Part shown: piece after piece, positions 6,290-13,158 of the stretch
Numbering within the stretch: the first letter of the stretch is position 1
How the letters are laid out: each line of letters begins with the position of its first letter
Source: an uncultured Gammaproteobacteria bacterium
GTDB taxonomy: Bacteria > Patescibacteriota > Microgenomatia > Daviesbacterales > UBA10151
Assembly (NCBI GenBank): GCA_964522265.1
Contig: CAZFVS010000005.1
Coordinates: forward strand, 1 to 22,496
Length of the DNA: 22,496 nt
Reading direction: 5' to 3'
The notes under the pieces: generated by a model
Databases searched by the model: none
What the model saw: only the letters and a program-made list of their open reading frames with translations
What the model was told of the DNA's origin: nothing
Position numbers and translations under genes: made by a program

Positions 6290-7174
6290 ATGAGCAAAGA
6301 GAAGGATAATGGTTATTCCGAAACAAGAACGGTAGATCCGCTTGATATTTATCTCAACGATATCCGCTTATTGGGTCCGCTGCTTACAGGAGAACAGGAG
6401 ATTGAACTTGCTAAAACCTATCATGAGGGAAGAGAAACCCAGGAAGGCAATTTGGCACGGAAAACACTCATAGAGCGCAATTTACGGTTTGTTGTATCCA
6501 TTGCATATGGTTATATCGGGACGGGTGTGCCTTTGTTGGATTTAATCCAGGAAGGGAATATAGGATTGCTTAGGGCAGTTGAGGGATTTGATTACCGGTT
6601 GGGATACAGATTTTCAACATACGCCGATCTTTTAATAAGACAAGCTGTTAATAAAGCATGCGCTGAGCTATCAAGGAAAATCCCCCTTCCTCTTTATGTA
6701 ATAAAAAAATTCAGGAAATTTGACCAGGTTTATTCCGATCTTGCGCAGGATCTGGGAGAAGAACCAACTTATAAAGAAATTGCCCAAGCCATGAATGTGC
6801 CAATAGGGTGGGTTGAAGAGCTAGAACGGATGAGAAAAAAGACGGTTTCGATGGATGTACAGATAGAATACGATGATTCTTTTGAAAGTTGTCTTGAGGA
6901 CAGGACAGCTGATCCGGTTTGTGTTGAGGATGATGCAGTTGCAGGCGTTACAAAAGATGAATTTAAAAGGGTTTTAGATACTATACAATTGACAAAACGA
7001 CAAAGAGAAGTTTTAGACCTGATTTATGGTTTATCCGACGGGAGTCCAAAAATCGAAAAAGAGGTCAGCAGTATTTTAAACCTCAGCCACGAGAGGGTTG
7101 GGCAAATTCACAGAAGTGCTCTTATGAAATTAAGGATACCGTCAACAGAACAGATCCTAAAAAAATTTATGTAA
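6290..7174 (+). CDS. RNA polymerase sigma factor, sigma-70 family (RpoD/SigA-like, divergent)
   Basis: Region 1.2 DPLDIYLNDIRLLGPLLTGEQEIELAK, region 2 DLIQEGNIGLLRAVEGFDYRLGYRFSTYADLLIRQ, region 3 EPTYKEIAQAM, region 4.2 LSHERVGQIHRSALMKLR. It aligns end to end with E. coli sigma70 regions 1.2-4.2. Confidence 0.9.
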   Translation: MSKEKDNGYSETRTVDPLDIYLNDIRLLGPLLTGEQEIELAKTYHEGRETQEGNLARKTLIERNLRFVVSIAYGYIGTGVPLLDLIQEGNIGLLRAVEGFDYRLGYRFSTYADLLIRQAVNKACAELSRKIPLPLYVIKKFRKFDQVYSDLAQDLGEEPTYKEIAQAMNVPIGWVEELERMRKKTVSMDVQIEYDDSFESCLEDRTADPVCVEDDAVAGVTKDEFKRVLDTIQLTKRQREVLDLIYGLSDGSPKIEKEVSSILNLSHERVGQIHRSALMKLRIPSTEQILKKFM

Positions 7175-7188
7175 TTCCCCCGAAAGAA

Positions 7189-7602
7189 CTAATCGTAAAA
7201 GATGCCTGTAGGATCCATCTTATGATTTGGATTGCTTAAAAATTCCTCGACTTTGTTCAGAATTTCATAAGGCGTTAGCCTCATCTTGATAAGATATCCC
7301 TGGGCGCCGATTTTGAAAGCATCATTTATCACACTTTCCTGCCCTAAATTGGTGATCATAACAACAGGTATTCTTTTAGTTTCATCACTTTTTTTTAATT
7401 GTTTTAAAACATCTATCCCATGGATTTTGGGAAGCATGATATCGAGTAAAATCAGATCCAAATCCTTTTTCGCAACCTCTAAAGCCTGCTGACCGTCAAC
7501 AGCTGTTATTACATCATAGCCCGCCTGGCTTAAAGCCCGTTCATATAGCTCCCTGATAAACAGCTCATCCTCTACTAGTAAAATTTTCTTCTTCCCAAGC
7601 AT
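7189..7602 (-). CDS. response regulator, receiver domain only (CheY-like)
   Basis: LLVEDE acidic pair, phospho-acceptor Asp in LILLDIMLP, T in VVMITN, K in GYLIK. There is no output domain (137 aa). Confidence 0.9.
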   Translation of the reverse strand: MLGKKKILLVEDELFIRELYERALSQAGYDVITAVDGQQALEVAKKDLDLILLDIMLPKIHGIDVLKQLKKSDETKRIPVVMITNLGQESVINDAFKIGAQGYLIKMRLTPYEILNKVEEFLSNPNHKMDPTGIFYD

Positions 7603-7626
7603 TGATATATTATATCAAATTTTTAA

Positions 7627-9834
7627 TTAAACTGGTAATGAGAAACTAAAAACAGACCCTTTTCCTGTTTCCGAATCAACCCAGATTCTGCCTTTATGTA
7701 ATTCAACAATAGCTTTTGATATATACAAACCTAAGCCTGTTCCTTTTGATCCCTGTTCAAGAATTCCGGACACTCGGAAGAATTTTGTAAAAAGATGGGG
7801 TATTGCATCTTTGGGGATACCCGGTCCGTTGTCTTGAATATGGGTGATAACTTCATTGTTTTTAGCCTCAAGCGTAACTTTTACTTCCCCTCCGTGTTGG
7901 GTGTAAGATATTGCATTAGACAAAAGATTGGATAACACTTCTGTAATGCGTATCTTATCTGCTATAACTTTTGGGATCAGTTGGCTGGGTTTGGTAAAGG
8001 ATAATTGAATCATCTTTTCTTTAGCTCTATTGGTAAATTCAGCAACCTGTTCGCTTACAATAAGCACCCAGTCGGTAGGTTGCAGTCTAACTGTAAAAAC
8101 TCCTTTTTCGATACGTGATACGCTTAGCAGATTATCCACCAAGCCGTTAAGCTGTTGGGTCGAGATAGCGATTCTCTCCAAGAAAGTATTTTGCTGGATA
8201 CTTAAGTTTTTTGAATTCTCATGCATGAACACCGATAAGTACCCTTTTATTGAAGTTAAGGGTGTCCTCAGTTCATGGGCAGCCATCGACACGAAATCCA
8301 ATCTCATCTCCTCAAGCTGTTTTTCTTTTGTGATGTCGTGCAAAGTCAGTATGCATCCTAAATTAGCCGTTTGTCCTTCCCGTATCCCGGCTACTACCAG
8401 GCCTATATAAGCTTCTCGATTTTTTAAACTAATCATCCTCAGGTTTTTCATGCTAAAAATTACACCTTCAGAGACATCGGTTACAATAGGACAATATTCA
8501 AGAGTTGAGAGTTCATCGGTTCCATCGAAGATCTTAATGATATCTCCAAGCGGTTGGCTAATTGCATCAGAAGCACTGATACCTGTCAGATCTTCCGCCC
8601 CCCGGTTAAAAATAGTAATATTTCTGCTCAGGTCTACTGCGATTACTGCATCAGCAATGCTGGAGAGGGCAACTGCCAGTTTGTTTCTTTCAGCAATTAT
8701 TAAATTTTTATCCAAAGCCAATTTTTGGAACGCATCCTGCAACTTTTCAGCCATATGATTGAACCCCTGGCCAAGCTTTTCGATTTCGTCTCCGCTTTTT
8801 ATATCCAGGCGATAGTTCAAATCACCTGCACCGATATAATCGCTGCCTAATCTTAAATCTTCAATCGGTTTAACAATTTGTTTAGAGAGCCATAAACTCA
8901 GCAGTATCACCACAACCAGAAATACGAGGACTAAAATCACTGCAAACAGGGCTGCCTTATTTGTCTCCAGGAAGGTATCGGATATAGGGACCTGAGCTAT
9001 TACCCCCCAATTGGTCAATTTTATAATGTTGTGTATTGTTAATGCATGAATACCAAACTCATTGGTGGTATCGTTTACTACTTCTTGTTGATTGTCATGA
9101 GATACGTCACTTATATCGATATGTTTTAGAAATGCCTCTACTTCTGAAAAACCCCTAAGACTCTGCTGCTGTTTAGCTAACTTACTATTAGGGTGAGCGA
9201 TGACATTTCCTTTGTCATCGACTACGAAAATATAACCATTTTGACCGATTTTTAAGCTTTCAATCAGTTTCCAGAGACTTGTAAGATGATAATTTGCCTT
9301 CACTATCCCAAATATCTCCTTATTGGGTTTTATTATCGGCACTGAGATATAAATACTGGGTTGTCCTGTTTCGTCAAAATAAATTGAGCTGATATATGAT
9401 TCACCTCCTGTCAGAGAAGGTATCCTGAATGCGGGAGAGCTGGATTGGTCAATAAGTTCATCTGGTGGATAAACTCTGTTTTGGGTAACCCTTACCAGTT
9501 CCTTACCATTTGATGTCAGGAGAGATAACTCTTCTATGTCAGTATCCTGGTTCAAAAAACCTTTTAATTCTTCTGTTGCCATGGTAACATCGGCTCCCTT
9601 GATTGTTTCAGTTTGGGAATGGATAGTTAAAACCGTTTTTTTTAAAAGCAGGAACTCCTCAAGCTGTCTGGCTATCTGGGATGCTACTAGATTTAGTCTT
9701 TCAGCGGTAGAACTTATAATTTCTGTTCGTGTAGAATTAAACCAAATGATATTGCTAATAATAAAAGGTATTAAGGAAATTAAGATAAAGAAAGTTAGTA
9801 GTTTCGGTTGTAGTCTAATCTTAGGCAGTTTCAC
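7627..9834 (-). CDS. sensor histidine kinase (TM, dCache, TM, HAMP, PAS, HisKA, HATPase_c)
   Basis: GTG start. Two TM helices flank a Cache-like domain (GYIFVVDDKGNVIAHPN). HAMP (IVKPIEDL...GDEIEKLGQGFNHMAEKL), PAS (IADAVIAVDLSRNITIFNRGAEDLTG), H-box AAHELRTPLTSI, N/G boxes LLSNAISYT, DNGPGIP, GTGLGLYISK. Confidence 0.9.
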   Translation of the reverse strand: MKLPKIRLQPKLLTFFILISLIPFIISNIIWFNSTRTEIISSTAERLNLVASQIARQLEEFLLLKKTVLTIHSQTETIKGADVTMATEELKGFLNQDTDIEELSLLTSNGKELVRVTQNRVYPPDELIDQSSSPAFRIPSLTGGESYISSIYFDETGQPSIYISVPIIKPNKEIFGIVKANYHLTSLWKLIESLKIGQNGYIFVVDDKGNVIAHPNSKLAKQQQSLRGFSEVEAFLKHIDISDVSHDNQQEVVNDTTNEFGIHALTIHNIIKLTNWGVIAQVPISDTFLETNKAALFAVILVLVFLVVVILLSLWLSKQIVKPIEDLRLGSDYIGAGDLNYRLDIKSGDEIEKLGQGFNHMAEKLQDAFQKLALDKNLIIAERNKLAVALSSIADAVIAVDLSRNITIFNRGAEDLTGISASDAISQPLGDIIKIFDGTDELSTLEYCPIVTDVSEGVIFSMKNLRMISLKNREAYIGLVVAGIREGQTANLGCILTLHDITKEKQLEEMRLDFVSMAAHELRTPLTSIKGYLSVFMHENSKNLSIQQNTFLERIAISTQQLNGLVDNLLSVSRIEKGVFTVRLQPTDWVLIVSEQVAEFTNRAKEKMIQLSFTKPSQLIPKVIADKIRITEVLSNLLSNAISYTQHGGEVKVTLEAKNNEVITHIQDNGPGIPKDAIPHLFTKFFRVSGILEQGSKGTGLGLYISKAIVELHKGRIWVDSETGKGSVFSFSLPV

Positions 9835-9851
9835 CCTTTAATTTTATCTCT

Positions 9852-9878
9852 ATAAAACCCCGACTGTAAAGTCGTGGA
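9852..9878 (-). terminator. Rho-independent-terminator-like hairpin plus T-run (minus strand) just upstream of the kinase start
   Basis: Minus strand reads CCACGACT-TTAC-AGTCGGGG followed by TTTTAT: a 5-bp plus 2-3-bp stem with a bulged A. Confidence 0.4.
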
Positions 9879-9879
9879 T
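9857..9879. repeat. copy 1 of a duplicated 23-nt stem-loop (ACCCCGACTGTAAAGTCGTGGAT)
   Basis: Matches copy 2 at 19 of 23 positions. Two of the four differences form a compensatory pair (T:A to C:G) in the stem. Confidence 0.6.
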
Positions 9880-9915
9880 TTTCCAACAACGGACGAAGTC
9901 CGATCGAGAGAAGAT

Positions 9916-9938
9916 ACCCCGACCGTTAGGTCGTGGGT
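9916..9938. repeat. copy 2 of the duplicated 23-nt stem-loop (ACCCCGACCGTTAGGTCGTGGGT)
   Basis: Same stem architecture with the same bulge. Each copy is followed on the plus strand by ATTTTCC(C)AA, 12 nt later for copy 2. Confidence 0.6.
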
Positions 9939-9965
9939 AGATTCATCAATTTTCCCAAAATAATT

Positions 9966-10961
9966 CTATCTGAGAATATCATCAGCTTTTGACAGAATTG
10001 ATTCGGGGATAATAATCCCCAGATTATCCGCAACCTTTTTGTTAACAAGCAGTTCAATTTTCCTTGGTCTTTGTATTGCCAGATACTGGGGTTTTGCGCC
10101 TTTTAAAACCTGATCAACCAGTTGTGCTAATTGTTGGCCCATTATTTTATAGTTGGGGCCGTATGAAAATAATAATCCTCTTTCAACCATTGACCTGTCG
10201 CTTCCGATGGCAAGAATCCTTTCTCTGTTTTGAGCTTCGATCAGTTCCCCGGTTTTACTCCAGATCATCGCTGAGGCTGCCATTAACATAGCTTCTCCCT
10301 CGGCTGCTTTTATGTTTGATGCAATCTTGACAACTTCCGCAGCATCGGTGGCTGGTTTTTCTACCAAGGTAATATTTAGCTCACTTGCTTCTTTGACGAC
10401 TTTCGTGCGTGAGTTGTCGGAAGAAGTTTCTCCCGGTTGATGGATGAAATAGACTTTTTTAATGGAAGGCTTAGCCTCTTTTAAAAGGCCTAACCTTTTG
10501 GGGGTCAAATCCACTGATAACGAGGATACACCCGTAGCATTATTGCCCGAGGAGTCTAAACTTTGGACAACTCCGTTTAAGACAGGATCCCCGACACTGC
10601 CAAAAACTATCGGGATAGTTGTGGTTGCTTTAAGAGCTGCTTGTGTGGCTGGGGTACTGTTGGTAACAATAACGTCTACTTTTTCGTCAACATAGCGCCT
10701 GGCGACTCTTAGATAGTCTGCACTGTCTTTAATCTCGTCCTGTATGTATTGAGGGTTATAACCAAATTTTGTAAGCTCAGCCCGCATAGAATCAAGCGAG
10801 GTTTCATAAGTCTTATTTGTTTTTTGTGACAGCAAGCCGATTCTAACAGTCTTTTTCTCTGTTTGCGTACTTTTGGATGTATCGAAATTTTTGATAAAAA
10901 AATACCATCCCATAAATGCCACTATTATTAAAAGAGAAAGCGCGGTAAGAATTTTTAGCAT
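9966..10961 (-). CDS. ABC-type substrate-binding protein, PF04392 (ABC_sub_bind) family, N-terminal membrane anchor
   Basis: VDVIVTNSTPATQAALKATTTIPIVFGSVGDPV, NATGVS, LTPKRLGLLKEAKPSIKKVYFI, RGLLFSYGPNY, VLKGAKPQYLAIQRPRKIELLVNKKVADNLGIIIPESILSKAD follow the PF04392 consensus. This is the only gene here with a well-placed SD (GAAGGTAACTATG). Confidence 0.85.
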   Translation of the reverse strand: MLKILTALSLLIIVAFMGWYFFIKNFDTSKSTQTEKKTVRIGLLSQKTNKTYETSLDSMRAELTKFGYNPQYIQDEIKDSADYLRVARRYVDEKVDVIVTNSTPATQAALKATTTIPIVFGSVGDPVLNGVVQSLDSSGNNATGVSSLSVDLTPKRLGLLKEAKPSIKKVYFIHQPGETSSDNSRTKVVKEASELNITLVEKPATDAAEVVKIASNIKAAEGEAMLMAASAMIWSKTGELIEAQNRERILAIGSDRSMVERGLLFSYGPNYKIMGQQLAQLVDQVLKGAKPQYLAIQRPRKIELLVNKKVADNLGIIIPESILSKADDILR

Positions 10962-10984
10962 AGTTACCTTCTACAAATTAAGTT

Positions 10985-11001
10985 TTTCAGATATACTGAA
11001 A
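10985..11001. promoter_or_regulatory. 17-nt palindrome TTTCAG-ATATA-CTGAAA in the divergent substrate-binding-protein/uvrB control region (candidate operator)
   Basis: Perfect 6-bp arms. It sits immediately downstream of a minus-strand TTGACA (11009-11004). Confidence 0.3.
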
Positions 11002-11036
11002 CTTGTCAAGGAGCAATATTTTTCGGGTCTTATTCG

Positions 11037-11045
11037 TGTTATAAT
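11037..11045 (+). promoter_or_regulatory. extended -10 element TGtTATAAT, 11 nt upstream of the uvrB ATG
   Basis: TGT at 11037-11039 and TATAAT at 11040-11045. No good -35 and no SD. Confidence 0.4.
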
Positions 11046-11056
11046 GGAAAGTCAAT

Positions 11057-13123
11057 ATGAGGAACTTTCAAATTAATCCTAAATTTAAACCTACCGGAGA
11101 CCAGCCGGAGGCTATTAAAAAACTTACTGCAGGTTTAAGAGCTGGAGAAAAACACCAGGTGCTTTTAGGCGTCACCGGTTCCGGTAAGACTTTTACTATT
11201 GCTAATGTAATTGCCGCCTGGAATCGTCCGGTGCTGGTTATCTCACATAACAAAACATTAGCAGGCCAGCTGGCCCAAGAGTTTAAAGCCCTTTTTCCGA
11301 AAAATGCTGTTGAATACTTTGTTTCATACTATGACTACTATCAGCCCGAAGCTTATATCCCTCAATCCGATACGTACATAGAAAAGGAGACTGATATTAA
11401 TGAGGAGATTGAAAAACTCAGGCTCTCCGCCACAACTTCCCTGATGACCAGAAAAGATGTAATTGTGGTTGCATCTGTCTCCTGTATCTATAATTTGGGT
11501 TCACCTGTTGAGTACGGCGGAGCTATTTTAGAGCTTAAGAGGGGTGTTAAGACAAGTTTTGAATCAGTCCTTAAAATTTTACAAAAGATGTTTTATACAA
11601 GAAATGACATAGATTTTAAAAGGTCTACCTACCGGGTTGCAGGAGATACGCTGGATATTTTCCCCTCTTATGCGGATAACGCTGTCAGGATTGAATTTTT
11701 GGGCAGTAAGATAGAAAGGGTTTCCAGCCTTAATCCCCTGACCGGTGAAGTAGTTCCCCAAACAGAAACACTGACAATTTACCCTGCCAAACATTACATC
11801 ACGCCGGAGCAGAGGTTAAAGCCTGCTATAGCCCAGATAGAAAATGACTTAGAGTCAAGAGTCAAGAGTCTAAAGAAAGCAGGAAAACTGCTTGAGGCAC
11901 AAAGGATTGAACAAAGAACACATTATGATTTGGAGATGATGAAACAGTTTGGCTATTGCAACGGTATAGAAAATTATTCAAGGTATTTTGACGGCAGAAG
12001 AATGGGTGATCCGCCATATACTTTGTTGGACTTTTTCCCTGCCTCGCCGGTCTTGCCTGTCGGCAGACAGGCAGGCGGGCCCAAGGACTATCTATTAATT
12101 ATTGATGAATCTCATATTACACTGCCGCAGGTCAGAGGAATGTATAACGGAGACAGGTCAAGAAAAGAGACTCTGGTTGAGTTTGGGTTCAGACTGCCCT
12201 CAGCTTTGGATAACAGGCCTTTAAAATTTGAAGAGTTTTTAAGAAGGATCAATCAGGTGATTTATGTTTCGGCAACACCTGATGAGTATGAATTATCACT
12301 GGCAAACTACAACTACAAACCCGGTTTGTCAATTCAAAACCAAACCGGGTTTGGAAATTCAGGAAACGTAGCAGAGCAATTGGTCAGGCCGACAGGGATT
12401 ATGGATCCGGAGATTTTTGTCAGGCCAACTGAAAATCAGATCCAGGATGTCATGCAAGAGGTTGTGGGGAGGGTTAAGCAACATGAGCGGGTTTTGATCA
12501 CTACATTAACCAAAAGGATGGCTGAAGACTTATCCGAGTATTTAGCCGAAAAAGGGATTAAAGTGAACTATTTACATTCGGATATAGAAACATTGAAACG
12601 TTCCGACATTCTGGAATCACTCAGAATGGGTGAATATGATGTTATTGTAGGAATTAATCTGCTCCGGGAGGGTTTAGATCTACCTGAAGTTTCACTGGTT
12701 GTGATTTTAGATGCAGACAAGGAAGGTTTTTTGAGATCACGTACATCCTTAATACAGACCATGGGAAGGGCGGCCAGGAATATTAACGGTCAGGTAATTA
12801 TGTATGCAGATACAGTGACTAAATCCATGCAGGCTGCAATGGATGAAGTTGAACGGAGGAGAAAGTATCAGCTTGAGTATAATAAAAAACACAATATCAC
12901 CCCGAAAAATATTGAAAAAGAGTTAAGGGATAGGTTGATAGAAAAAATGGAGGAAGTGGAAAAGGAGACTGGACATGAAATACTCAATATTGATGATATT
13001 CCAATCAAGGAGAAAGAAAAGATGGTCAAACTTTTGGAGAACCAAATGAAGCAAGCAGCAGAAATATTGGATTTTGAAGAAGCTGCAAGGCTAAGGGATC
13101 AGATTAAAGAGTTAGGGCTTTAA
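11057..13123 (+). CDS. uvrB: excinuclease ABC subunit B
   Basis: GVTGSGKTF Walker A, YYDYYQPEAYIPQSDTYIEKE, IDESH, YGFRLPSALDNRPLKFEEF, LLREGLDLPEVSLVVILDADKEGFLRS, C-terminal UVR motif FEEAARLRDQIKEL. Confidence 0.95.
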   Translation: MRNFQINPKFKPTGDQPEAIKKLTAGLRAGEKHQVLLGVTGSGKTFTIANVIAAWNRPVLVISHNKTLAGQLAQEFKALFPKNAVEYFVSYYDYYQPEAYIPQSDTYIEKETDINEEIEKLRLSATTSLMTRKDVIVVASVSCIYNLGSPVEYGGAILELKRGVKTSFESVLKILQKMFYTRNDIDFKRSTYRVAGDTLDIFPSYADNAVRIEFLGSKIERVSSLNPLTGEVVPQTETLTIYPAKHYITPEQRLKPAIAQIENDLESRVKSLKKAGKLLEAQRIEQRTHYDLEMMKQFGYCNGIENYSRYFDGRRMGDPPYTLLDFFPASPVLPVGRQAGGPKDYLLIIDESHITLPQVRGMYNGDRSRKETLVEFGFRLPSALDNRPLKFEEFLRRINQVIYVSATPDEYELSLANYNYKPGLSIQNQTGFGNSGNVAEQLVRPTGIMDPEIFVRPTENQIQDVMQEVVGRVKQHERVLITTLTKRMAEDLSEYLAEKGIKVNYLHSDIETLKRSDILESLRMGEYDVIVGINLLREGLDLPEVSLVVILDADKEGFLRSRTSLIQTMGRAARNINGQVIMYADTVTKSMQAAMDEVERRRKYQLEYNKKHNITPKNIEKELRDRLIEKMEEVEKETGHEILNIDDIPIKEKEKMVKLLENQMKQAAEILDFEEAARLRDQIKELGL
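12052..12075. repeat. intragenic GC-rich hairpin CTTGCCTGTC-GGCA-GACAGGCAGG inside uvrB
   Basis: 10-bp stem (9 Watson-Crick pairs plus one T:G). It lies within codons for ASPVLPVGRQAGGPKDY, just before the DESH box. Confidence 0.7.
12316..12353. repeat. intragenic perfect 13-bp inverted repeat CAAACCCGGTTTG-12 nt-CAAACCGGGTTTG inside uvrB
   Basis: The arms at 12316-12328 and 12341-12353 are exact reverse complements. The segment encodes YKPGLSIQNQTGFG. Confidence 0.75.
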
Positions 13124-13158
13124 AAAATTTGCAAAACTTGGTACAATTGCTTGCATTT

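Noticed and set aside
9857-9938. Possible mini-CRISPR array: two 23-nt repeats separated by a 36-nt spacer.
   Set aside because: There are only two copies, and they differ at 4 positions. No cas genes, no leader and no further repeats are present. The hairpin-plus-T-run architecture fits a terminator or REP-like structured element better.
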